From Octopus bimaculoides (Eukaryota): a stretch of 39,862 nt of DNA. Made by a program: the position numbers and the translations under genes. Shown piece by piece: positions 13,861 to 25,971 of the stretch; positions within the stretch are counted from its first letter, which is position 1, and each line of letters opens with the position of its first letter. Location: positions 58,950,467-58,990,328 of the forward strand of contig NC_068986.1 of the NCBI RefSeq assembly GCF_001194135.2, in the 5' to 3' direction. The notes beneath the pieces were generated by a model that saw only the letters and a program-made list of their open reading frames with translations, did no database searches and was not told the origin of the DNA.

Positions 13861-14199
13861 GATGATGGCTGTTTGACAATAATAACAGATTATTTGATAA
13901 GACAAATTAGCTTTAAGTCGAGAAGTATTAAGAAACACTCAACATGACTTAGACATCTCTCGAGTCAACAATGTCGAAGAACTCTGGAATTTCTGTTTGT
14001 ATTTACACTTTTTTTTAATATTTCTTTGTCATGTATAGTTTTTGTATCTATCTATTTATACGTCTCTATCTCTATATCTATTAATCTAAATCCATCCATC
14101 TATCTATAGATATGTATGTATGTATTATGTATGTGTATATGTATGTATTATGTATGTATATATGTATGTACGTATGTACCTATCTATCTGTCCATATAA

Positions 14200-14243
<44 letters not shown>

Positions 14244-14618
14244 GATATATAGATATATAGATATATATATATATANNNNNNNNNNNNNNNNNNNNNNNNN
14301 NNNNNNNNNNNNNNNNNNNNNNNNNNNNNNNNNNNNNNNNNNNNNNNNNNNNNNNNNNNNNNNNNNNNNNNNNNNNNNNNNNNNNNNNNNNNNNNNNNNN
14401 NNNNNNNNNNNNNNNNNNNNNNNNNNNNNNNNNNNNNNNNNNNNNNNNNNNNNNNNNNNNNNNNNNNNNNNNNNNNNNNNNNNNNNNNNNNNNNNNNNNN
14501 NNNNNNNNNNNNNNNNNNNNNNNNNNNNNNNNNNNNNNNNNNNNNNNNNNNNNNNNNNNNNNNNNNNNNNNNNNNNGCTTTGATAGCCCGACGTGTATGT
14601 AAATATATATCATATATC

Positions 14619-14687
<69 letters not shown>

Positions 14688-14823
14688 TATGTATGTATGT
14701 ATGCATATATATATGTATATATGTATGTGTGCATGTGTGTGTATATGTGTGTGTGTTAAATAAAATGAGACAACAAAACCAAGGCTATGTCGAATTTATA
14801 GGACATTTATAAAGAGAAAGGTA

Positions 14824-14871
14824 ATCTTACAGCTGTTTCTGAGATATTAGGGATATCCCTTCATCAGAGAT
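14824..14871 (-). ncRNA. Minimal type-I hammerhead ribozyme motif, catalytic core intact
   Basis: Minus-strand RNA: AUCU (stem I) CUGAUGA A GGGAUAU-CCCUA-AUAUCUC (stem II, 7 bp with one G-U) A GAAAC AGCU GUA AGAU (stem I'). Stem III is the palindromic ACAGCUGU and the cleavage triplet is GUA. Confidence 0.75.
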
Positions 14872-15357
14872 GATATGAGGGAGTTAACTAGAGACAAATA
14901 GTAGAGTTCAATATAAGGAGTTATTTTGGGAAAGGATGGATATAGGAAGTATAAAGAGAAATAAGAGAATAAAAATTAAAGTAAAAATACATGTAGGATG
15001 TTAAGTTGCAGTTCCATTATTCAAGGAAAATGCCGTGTGGAATGGGTAGAAATGCACAAGACCACCACAAGACCCCTTTCAATGAACAACACATAGAATT
15101 CATGTCTCCACACTTTCCACTTGTAAAAACAAAATATGAACTCCTATCGGAATCTACATACCATGAACAAGAAGTATTTCTACTCATTCTACACGGCATT
15201 TTCCTTGGATAATGGAACTGCAACTTAACATCCTACATGTATTTTTACTTTAATTTTTATTCTCTTATTTCTCTTTATACTTCTTATATCCATCCTTTCC
15301 CAAAATAACTCCTTATATTGAACTCTACTATTTCCCTCTAGTTAACTCTTTCATATC

Positions 15358-15405
15358 GTCTCTGATGAAGAGATATCCTTAAAATCCCAGAAGCAGCTGT
15401 ATGAC
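15358..15405 (+). ncRNA. Degenerate hammerhead motif in the right arm
   Basis: GUCU CUGAUGA A GAGAUAUCCUUAAAAUCCC A GAAGC AGCU GUA UGAC. GAAAC is changed to GAAGC, stem II is disrupted and stem I has a U-U closing mismatch. Confidence 0.55.
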
Positions 15406-15593
15406 GATCTTTATAAATGTCCTATAAATTCCACATAGCCTTGCTTTTGTTGTCTCATTTTATTCAACATATACATACTCACACAAGGTACGCATTAGAC
15501 TCTTCACTCGTATTATTTTCGAACCGAGAGTCTGACTACGTAGCACTTTCATAGCCTCACCTGCCATCTTGGGTTTTCTAGATACAAATATTT

Positions 15594-15631
<38 letters not shown>

Positions 15632-15715
15632 ACAACACATGGAAGCGTCGAATGTATATATATAATTTACAAACAAGAAAATACATTTCGAACGTAGTGT
15701 AGCCGTAAAAACAGC

Positions 15716-15784
15716 AAAAGTCGCCTGCTGGTGGCTACGGGACTCGAACCCGTACCCCTTGAGTCCCGTCTGCTGGCAACTTTT
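15716..15784. repeat. Small imperfect hairpin containing a tRNA T-arm/3'-end-like segment
   Basis: acgggactc (15737-15745) pairs with gagtcccgt (15761-15769); the outer aaaagtcgcc/ggcaactttt pair at 9/10. The minus strand of 15729-15756 reads GGTACGGGTTCGAGTCCCGTAGCCACCA. Confidence 0.6.
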
Positions 15785-16329
15785 TTCCGTCTAATAAGGA
15801 ACCAAACTTACCAAGACAGTGGTCAAGCAGAAAAAGGGTGAGTGATTGAAAGAACAGGATAGTCAGGTGGGAGAGAGCGCAGGAGGGGAAGCGGATAGTG
15901 AAGGATATAGAGAAAGGCAGAGAGCGGGGAAGCGGGAAGAGTCGAACACAAAGGAGAAAGAGTTGGGGTAGACAAAACGAGGGGAGCAGAGGAGGTTGGG
16001 AAAGAACAAACACGAAGAGGGAGTGAAAAGAGAGAAAGGGTAAAAACTAGACAGTAAATAGTTGACAAAAGTAGCCAAAGAAAGAAATGAAAGATAAGTA
16101 AAGAGTGATAGGGGACAGGTAGACAGAAAGAAATGCAGATATAATGGATAATGGGGAGAAAGAGAGGGAAAAAAGGAGGTGTAGGCAATACAAGAAAGGT
16201 GAAAGAGGGAGAGATGGTAGGATCAGTAGGGCAAACAGAAAAAAAGCAATAGAGAGAAAAGGGTTTAGAGAAGAGAGGGTAGATAAATAGATAAATAAAA
16301 AGAGAATGTCGTTCACTCTCTTTCTCTCC

Positions 16330-16360
<31 letters not shown>

Positions 16361-17222
16361 TTCTAGCTATTTCTATATATATATACACACACAGCTATAT
16401 CTATATCTATATATACACAGAGAGACAGACGTCTCTGTGTCTGTGTGTCTGTGTATGTGTGTATTATATGTATATTTCAGGGATCATTTCTGTTTGGCTG
16501 TCACTTTTCAATTTCTTCAATTTTTGTCCCAACTGATTTCCTATTTGGCATATTGATGTAGTTTTGTAAGGTAATCATTGATATGAAATACATTTTCGCC
16601 ATAACTCAATAAATAAAAAGGTAACTGCTTTTAAAGTTTGCACATTTTTTGGTAATTTTAGCCAATCGAAAACCACAGACATAGTGTCTGTTTCCATTGT
16701 AACAAGCCAAGCTTTTACGAAGCTGCTTTCTCACGCGGTCATTTTTGGCTTATCAAATGGTGGTCGGACTAAACATAATAGCTAAAAATAATTGATGTGC
16801 TAAAAATAATAGCTAAACATGCCTTAAACCACGCACCAAAATTTTGGTTTTCGCATACTCGTATGTAGAATACAAATTCACAGAAATTTTCTAAATTTTC
16901 CTAAAAAAAAAATTATGAGGGGCTATATGACGTGCGTAAAGCAGAATTCTGCAAATATTTCATTCGTTTACAGTTTATACCACATCCAGTCACGCACAAA
17001 ATGACAGCTTCCAAATCCTATTTTCTGACTGGGTAAAAATTATTAAATTTTAAACCTCTGTAACTTTTTTTTAATTTCTGGAAAAAGTGAATTAGCCCCT
17101 GGGATTCAGCATCGAAAATTACATCAATACACCAAATTTTAAAATTTTATAGATAGATAGATAGATAAGTAGGTAGGTAGGTTAACTGTTTCCTAGATAT
17201 AAGAACTAGTTATATAGAGTAA

Positions 17223-17289
<67 letters not shown>

Positions 17290-18641
17290 TGTTGTTGTTG
17301 TTGTTGTTGTTGTTGTTGCTATTGTTGATTTTATGTCACCTTCAAATTTCATTAGACTTTTGTATATCATGAAGCGTCATATCATAAACGCTAACAGCTA
17401 TAACAATCCTCCATCACCTACTCTCCTTCCTCTTTTTCTCCTCCTTCTCCTCTTTGCCGTCCTCATTATCATACTCCACCACCACTACCACCACCACTAT
17501 CACAACTACCACCACCACTACCACCACCACTATCACAACTACCACCACCACCACTACAGTCTTCATCAATGTTAATAACACGACTGTCATTATCTTTCTT
17601 TATCATGTACCTTTTACATTATGAGTTATATTTGTATCGGGGAAGGTGCGGTGTGGAGCAATGAAATATGTACCAGTAATATTGTAGGGTGTCCGACTGA
17701 ATGCATCCAACTACAAGCTCCTGACTTGTACTTGCTGGAAACATATATTCTCATTACCAAAACCGTTGGCACCAGCGTTTGTGTGTCGCCATCATCACCA
17801 TTCACCAATCGTCAACATCAGAATCAGTGTCACCGTAGCCGTCATCATCATTATCCTCATAGAATAAAATTTTTGTTTTTGTAGTTTTTTGGGTTTTGCT
17901 TTTGTTGCTTTTTTTTTGGGGGGGGGGTTCTCTTATTTTCTTTTTTCTTTTTTTTTTCTTTTTTTCTTTTTTTTCATTTTCTTTTTTACTTTTGCCAAGC
18001 AGACGCTTTTAAGAGTCAGCAGCATAGAGCAATGGAAAGCAGAGCAAAACAGTCGCTTTAATGAAACTTCCGAGAGAAACCGGAAGGACATCGTTCAGAT
18101 TTTTCTGGCGAATCTTCTTTTTATTATTGATCATATTGAATGCACTGTTATCAGTTATAACATAGATAGGTGGGAAATAATATCCGCTCTAAAGAATGTT
18201 GCAAGTTATACTGCGGTAAGCGAAACAATTTATTACACTAGATCGGAGCGAACTTGTGATANNNNNNNNNNNNNNNNNNNNNNNNNNNNNNNNNNNNNNN
18301 NNNNNNNNNNNNNNNNNNNNNNNNNNNNNNNNNNNNNNNNNNNNNNNNNNNNNNNNNNNNNNNNNNNNNNNNNNNNNNNNNNNNNNNNNNNNNNNNNNNN
18401 NNNNNNNNNNNNNNNNNNNNNNNNNNNNNNNNNNNNNNNNNNNNNNNNNNNNNNNNNNNNNNNNNNNNNNNNNNNNNNNNNNNNNNNNNNNNNNNNNNNN
18501 NNNNNNNNNNNNNNNNNNNNNNNNNNNNNNNNNNNNNNNNNNNNNNNNNNNNNNNNNNNNNNNNNNNNNNNNNNNNNNNNNNNNNNNNNNNNNNNNNNNN
18601 NNNNNNNNNNNNNNNNNNNNNNNNNNNNNNNNNNNNNNNNN

Positions 18642-18683
<42 letters not shown>

Positions 18684-19656
18684 CATACATACATACATAC
18701 ATACATACATACATACATACATACATACACACACATATATATACATACATATATATATATGTGTGTGTGTGTATGTATTCACACACTAGGGTCAGGGATA
18801 CATTGATCGCGCCTACAACGATTACTACACATGTACATTCTGGCACATAAACACCGCACACATACACACACACGCACGCACACACACACACGCACAAAGA
18901 TGTGTAGATATAGATATGATAATAGAGAAAAGAGAGATAATGGGTGAGAGAGAGTGAGATACAAAAACCAGATCTATATGTGCGAATTATGTATGGATGT
19001 TTATGTATGTATGTATGTATTTATCTATGTATGCATGTATGTATGCATGTATGTATGAGTGTGTGTGCATGTGCGTATACCTACATATGCACATACACAC
19101 ACACACACATGTATGTATGTATGTATGTATGTATGTATGATAGAGATATTGCGTAAGGACAGAGAGTGAGAGATTTAGACTATCCATTTTTTTTCCTTTT
19201 CAAATCAAATATTAAAAGATAATTGACATTATAAGTTGAAAAGATGGAGTGTTTGGAGTTGGTTGAGCGAGATATAGCTCCGGTTAAAGGAGTTTGTTTA
19301 AAGGTTAAGAAATATAGATGAACATAAGCGACAGAGATGAGGAACAAGAAAAAGAGAAAGAAGGAAATAAAAATGGAAGTTTAAAAAATCACCTTTGTGT
19401 GTCAGAGGTAGACTCTGGTTTCGAATCTCGGCTAAAATTATTTTACAAGTTCCGATTTCCTATTCCTGTGGAATATAAAGGATTTTTTTCAAAACAAAAG
19501 AAAACAGCTTAACTCCAACACCGTTCCAACAGTAGCAATCCCCTGTTTTTGTGTTCTGGGATTACTTCATTTTTTGCACAGTTTAACAGAGCCATCTGAC
19601 ACAAGATGCTTCTAACGAAGTCTATTCTCTTGAAAGCATTCGAGCTATGTTTTCGG

Positions 19657-19775
19657 TTTACTCTTTTACTCTTTTACTTGTTTCAGTCATTTGACTATGG
19701 CCATGCTGGAGCATCGCCTTTAGTCAAGCAAATCGACCCCAGGACTTATTCTTTGTAAGCCTAGTACTTATTCCA
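19657..19775 (-). mobile_element. SINE family 1, 3' tail
   Basis: tttactcttttacttgtttcagtcatttgactatggccatgctggagcatcgcctttagtc...gacttattctttgtaagcctagtacttatt, running into (AT)n and a gap. Confidence 0.9.
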
Positions 19776-20236
19776 TATATATATATATATATANNNNNNN
19801 NNNNNNNNNNNNNNNNNNNNNNNNNNNNNNNNNNNNNNNNNNNNNNNNNNNNNNNNNNNNNNNNNNNNNNNNNNNNNNNNNNNNNNNNNNNNNNNNNNNN
19901 NNNNNNNNNNNNNNNNNNNNNNNNNNNNNNNNNNNNNNNNNNNNNNNNNNNNNNNNNNNNNNNNNNNNNNNNNNNNNNNNNNNNNNNNNNNNNNNNNNNN
20001 NNNNNNNNNNNNNNNNNNNNNNNNNNNNNNNNNNNNNNNNNNNNNNNNNNNNNNNNNNNNNNNNNNNNNNNNNNNNNNNNNNNNNNNNNNNNNNNNNNCT
20101 TGTTTCTACCAACAGTCTTGGAGGTCCCCAAATGGTTCATGGATGCTGTTTTCCTTTTTCTCTGATTCAGAAATAATAAAAATAATGTAGAATTTCAATG
20201 CCTGCGTGTCTGGCGGTAGGGTGAAAACTGATGGGG

Positions 20237-21040
20237 TTTGGTTGCTATTTCTAGCAACTCGAGAGACCAACTCACCGACTGAATGAAACTAATATTGATT
20301 TTATTGTTGTTTTAGCCCCAGGTCGTCCTTAAATGATTAGACCTATGGTCAGTCAATCAAACTCATTCCAGCCCTAACCCATGAAAATATATTTTTTACC
20401 AAGGAGAGTGCACTCCAGGCTTTATTATCCAATGTGTCTTTTCTTTTTCCAAGATGCTAAGACGTTATTTCAGAGAAATTTGACTGCTAATTCTATCAGA
20501 TTTGAGAACTGGCTGCTATTTATAACAAATCGAATGACCATACAGAGACTCCTTCTTTGACCAAGTGACATTAAACAAGAGGCATTTTCGTTTTCATGCA
20601 GTAACTTCTTTGTTATCTTTCGTTACTAACAACATGGAAAAAGATCATCACAAGTTTCCTTTTCCTACCTTATAAAAATATTTTATTTATCAAGCCTGTA
20701 TAATAACTCCCAGTTCTTTTCCCTCAAACTTTTTTTCTCTAGTATTCCCCCCTTGCGCATGTTCTTCCTGCACCAATCAACTTATTCAAAGAGAACGTTA
20801 AAAGTACCAGGCTTACTGGTCTCGAGGTGTTTGTGAAGGTCATAGCCACAATCATTTCCTTCTGACTAAACTAATAAAGAAAAAAAAACATTTACTTTTT
20901 GTTTGATCCTACAATATTCTAAGTTTAGATCTTGTCAAATTTCCTTCGTCATCCGATGGTTAACTAAACAAATACCAGTAATACTGTTGGATTTACTGAA
21001 TCTTTGCAAAAAGAAATTAAGTTTTATACTCAAGTTAGAA

Positions 21041-21090
<50 letters not shown>

Positions 21091-21775
21091 ACTATAACCT
21101 TATAAAATTTACAAGTCACTCTGCGTAATTCGATATCTACTTTTTCTGATTCATTGTTTCTAAATTCAAAACTACTTCCACAGGACTGAACTTTCTATCG
21201 AAAAACGGAAGACAGTTTTAATTTGCAACAACTCGCTCTCAATAAATCATAGACCAAGCCACTTGTGAAATATTTCTCTTCACGTGGTCAGTTATTCATT
21301 GCGCCATTTTGATTATGACATTTTCTGAACAGGCCGAGCGAAAACCCGATATTTATATCAGTGTAGCACAACTCCAAGTTTTCTAAATCTCTTTTCTATG
21401 AAACCGGACGCCTTACCAAGAGATTTAAACTTCTTCACCTCAGACAAGTCTGATAAATTGCATTGAACATTATTAAATGTCTGCATTTTTCTGCTTCACT
21501 TTTTATAATCAATGATATCCATCAAAGGGGAACATCGTATCAGATTTAGGAAAAAGATTGTTTTTGTTATTGTTGTTTATTATTAGTTTCCAGGAAGCCT
21601 ATGGTTACTCATGTTCCAACTATGACCGTCGTGTCTTTTTTTACACACAGTATACTTAGAACAACCCTATCAAGTGTGTCCTTTGCTTCTTCAAGAAAGA
21701 TCCAGCGGCTACTTCTATCAAATCAAGTGACTGTATATTGTTGCAGCTTTCCCAAGGTTCAGATGAGAAATGTGT

Positions 21776-21834
<59 letters not shown>

Positions 21835-22555
21835 TTTATTTGAACGACAGAAATAGTATTAGTCCAAAATAGCAAAATGTGTATCATATTTAAAGTGTAT
21901 AGATCATCGAAAGCCTGATAAACTGCGATATTCGTCTTGAGAAAGCATTTGTGTAAAAATAACAGAAACTTCATTTGCAGGCGAAAATCGTCCAGCAACG
22001 TTGTGGCATCACTAAATATGTATTTCTTTTTCCTAGGGTTTCGTCAGTACCAATTATCTCTAGCAACCGCATGATAAGACGAAATCTACCACTACTTATA
22101 TAATAAAACTGTGATTGAAAAGCTACTAGTGCGATAATTAGCCTGCAAGAAAAATAGAAATTCTTTATAAGCGAGAGAAGCAGTTTTAGTTCAAAATAGT
22201 AATCTGTGTGTCATTCTTAAAGCATATACATCAATGAAACCAAATTTAACTGCGGTATTCATCTCGACAAAGCACATATTATAGACGTAGCTAAACGCTA
22301 CAAACTGATATCAATACTTATTTATCCCAGTCTTTTCTTTCAATGTATTTCATCGTTCCCTTTTCTGACTTTTCACTTTCTCTTTCTCTCACCTTCTGTC
22401 TATGTTTGCATATACGCGTGTGCGTTCTTCATGTATTTCAAACATTCACATTTCTGATACACCCTTTCTTCACTTACATATTTTTACTATTTGGAGTATT
22501 TTTTTAATTTTTTAATTATATTTCCACAACATTCATTACTTCTCTGTTTGCTGTT

Positions 22556-22607
<52 letters not shown>

Positions 22608-23938
22608 TATCTCTGTCTATCTATCGCTCTCTCTTTCTCTCTCTCCCTCCCTCCCCCTTTATCTCTCTCTCTTTCCTTCTCTTTTCTTATATTTCTGCTT
22701 TGCTCCTTGATGAAAGACTAATGTCTGAAACATTGAGACATGCAAGTTCAACTTCTCAAGTGTTAAATTGGTACTGTATTCATAGTTTTGTTTCTTCGCT
22801 TCCTTTTTCACTTCACAACATATACATTTATATGATATTGAAAAATATGGTACGCAAGGAGACAAAGTGTCTTTTTAGAGGGAAACAGACGCAATACAAA
22901 CAGAGGTAAGTATGTTCAATCTCTTTATCACCTGCCACACACACACGTGCATACACTCACAGAACCCTATATGTGTGTGCGTGTATGTATGTTTATGTAT
23001 ATATATNNNNNNNNNNNNNNNNNNNNNNNNNNNNNNNNNNNNNNNNNNNNNNNNNNNNNNNNNNNNNNNNNNNNNNNNNNNNNNNNNNNNNNNNNNNNNN
23101 NNNNNNNNNNNNNNNNNNNNNNNNNNNNNNNNNNNNNNNNNNNNNNNNNNNNNNNNNNNNNNNNNNNNNNNNNNNNNNNNNNNNNNNNNNNNNNNNNNNN
23201 NNNNNNNNNNNNNNNNNNNNNNNNNNNNNNNNNNNNNNNNNNNNNNNNNNNNNNNNNNNNNNNNNNNNNNNNNNNNNNNNNNNNNNNNNNNNNNNNNNNN
23301 NNNNNNNNNNNNNNNNNNNNNNNNNNNNNNNNNNNNNNNNNNNNNNNNNNNNNNNNNNNNNNNNNNNNNNNNNNNNNNNNNNNNNNNNNNNNNNNNNNNN
23401 NNNNNNNNNNNNNNNNNNNNNNNNNNNNNNNNNNNNNNNNNNNNNNNNNNNNNNNNNNNNNNNNNNNNNNNNNNNNNNNNNNNNNNNNNNNNNNNNNNNN
23501 NNNNNNNNNNNNNNNNNNNNNNNNNNNNNNNNNNNNNNNNNNNNNNNNNNNNNNNNNNNNNNNNNNNNNNNNNNNNNNNNNNNNNNNNNNNNNNNNNNNN
23601 NNNNNNNNNNNNNNNNNNNNNNNNNNNNNNNNNNNNNNNNNNNNNNNNNNNNNNNNNNNNNNNNNNNNNNNNNNNNNNNNNNNNNNNNNNNNNNNNNNNN
23701 NNNNNNNNNNNNNNNNNNNNNNNNNNNNNNNNNNNNNNNNNNNNNNNNNNNNNNNNNNNNNNNNNNNNNNNNNNNNNNNNNNNNNNNNNNNNNNNNNNNN
23801 NNNNNNNNNNNNNNNNNNNNNNNNNNNNNNNNNNNNNNNNNNNNNNNNNNNNNNNNNNNNNNNNNNNNNNNNNNNNNNNNNNNNNNNNNNNNNNNNNNNN
23901 NNNNNNNTATATATATACATACACCCATACATACATAC

Positions 23939-23985
<47 letters not shown>

Positions 23986-25432
23986 AATATATACATACAC
24001 ATACACAATTTCATACATATACATAAATGTGTACACACATGCATATATACACAAGCATGCATACACATATACACACACACACACATATATACATACATGC
24101 ATGCACATACACACATATACACGCACACACACATATGTATATATAGCAAGAAAGAAACGTGTGTTGCTTTTTTGGGATAGTGGATGTATGTTGGGCGTTG
24201 AGTACGGAATGGGGTGTATGTGAATGGCGGTGGGGATTGCATTGCAGCAGCAAAGGGTGGTGAGAAGTTAACAATGGTATCAAACATTGAAATCAAAGTG
24301 TGTTAAAATACTGCATTCAAAGAAACAACAAAACTGACATTTTTTTTTCTGAAATAAATGAGATTTAATGACAAACACTAAATCATGACGATTTCTTCTT
24401 CTTCTTCTTCTTCTTCTTCTTCTTCTTCTTCTTCTTCTTCTTCTTCTTCTTCTCCTCCTCTTCCTCCTCCTCCTCCTCCTTCTTCTTCTTCTGTTGCTGC
24501 TGCTGCTACTACTACAACTACTACTACTACTACTACTACTAATACCGCTGCTGCTGCTGTTGCTGCTGCTGCTGTCGTTTCTACTGTTGCTGCTGCTATT
24601 GCTTCTGCTGCTGCTGTCGTATTCGATGTAAATCCACCACCACTACACAACCATCACCACCACAATTAGATGACCACAACCACTACAACCAGCCCCACAA
24701 CTATCACCACAATCACAACCATCAACACCACCAGAACAACTGCCACCACTACAACTACAACCACCACCGAAACTGCTACCACCAATCCACCTACCTCCAC
24801 AACCATCACGACCCCCAGCCACCACCTCTACTGATTTGTCTTGTGGTAATAAAAGAAATCATTATGATTGTTATTTATTTTTATTGTAAATTGTTGTTGT
24901 TTGCTGTTGTTGAATGACAAAAAACTAATAATCGCAGAACTTCTATTAATGAATTACTTTTGCAACGATATATCGATGATGGAGATGATGAGGTGGAAGT
25001 ATTTATCGAAGTTATGTTGGTTGTTGGTGGTGGTGGCTGTAGTGGTGGTGGTGGTGGTGGTGGTGGTTTTGATGAATAGTAGTAGTAGGAGAGGATGGGA
25101 GGGGGAGAGGAGGAGAAGGAGGAAGACTGTCGTTTGGTGTTGGTGGAGGTGGTGGTGTTATGAGGTTGTGGTTGCGTTGATAACGAATTGATGAGTTGAT
25201 AGACGATTACAGCGTTGTTGTTGTTGCTAATCTTGTTCATCTCCTTCTTCCTAGTCACTCCGCTGAGTGAGCAGACATATAATTGAAGGCATTCCAGCCG
25301 TGTCCATCTCGCCAGTTTTTCTGTATGCTGGAAACTAATAACCATACTGGCCTTTTCTAAGACGGTGCAGGATACAATTACAAGAAAATTTGGTTGCTAT
25401 TTCTAGTCAATCAATCCACATCAGAGAGCTAA

Positions 25433-25479
<47 letters not shown>

Positions 25480-25706
25480 ATGGTGGTGGTGTAACCATCG
25501 TGGTAGTAGTAGGGTCGGAGGTGGAGGTGAGTTGATGACGTGTGTGATGGTAAACGTATATTGAAAAGCGTTCCAGTAATGACCATTCCCTCTTTCCTGA
25601 CATTAGCGACGTCACTGTTCAGTGAATTCTTTCTCTTACTGTTTATTCATTTATTTGTTTATGAAACGCTAAGGAAGATTTGAGGGTATTTGGTTCTTAT
25701 TTCTAG
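20237..25706 (+). repeat. Short dispersed repeat motif tttggttgctatttctag (several copies; coordinates give the overall span, not one block)
   Basis: Identical 18-mers at 20237-20254 and 25389-25406, a variant at 25689-25706, and weaker copies near 20480 and 20512 with similar upstream sequence. Confidence 0.6.
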
Positions 25707-25782
25707 CACAGAAGCTTTTTTGTTTCGTTTTTGGTGGTGTTGATGGTAGTAATGCTGCTGGTGCTGTTGTTAATTTTGTAGC

Positions 25783-25831
<49 letters not shown>

Positions 25832-25971
25832 GAGGGGGAGGAGGAGGAGGAGGAGAATGAGGAGGTGGAGGAGAATGAGGCGATGGAGAGGTGGCTGAGG
25901 AGGATACTATGACGACGTCAACAACGAAAGCAACGACGACGGAGGGATAATAGTGTAAATTGGTGGTGGTG
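24393..25971. repeat. Compound trinucleotide low-complexity region (CTT, CCT, GCT, ACT, CAC, GGT, TAG, TTG, GAG)
   Basis: Directly visible. It explains the poly-S/E/A/T/V ORFs in the track. Confidence 0.95.

Larger units (their letters stand above)
14754..15469. mobile_element. Foldback element with ~300-bp inverted arms; Penelope-like inverted pLTR structure
   Basis: The left arm (14754-15053) is the reverse complement of the right arm (15176-15469), with about 18 substitutions plus a ~6-bp indel patch (~93% identity). The spacer is 122 bp. The element is flanked by (GT)n and (AC/AT)n. Confidence 0.9.

Noticed and set aside
15729-15756. tRNA gene
   Set aside because: Only a T-arm and 3' acceptor strand are present; there is no D arm, anticodon arm or 5' acceptor strand.
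16540-17140. Possible DNA-transposon/MITE remnant (ctctgtaactttt...gattcagcatcgaaaattacatc)
   Set aside because: It resembles transposon subterminal sequence from memory, but no TIR pair, TSD or coding motif could be shown.
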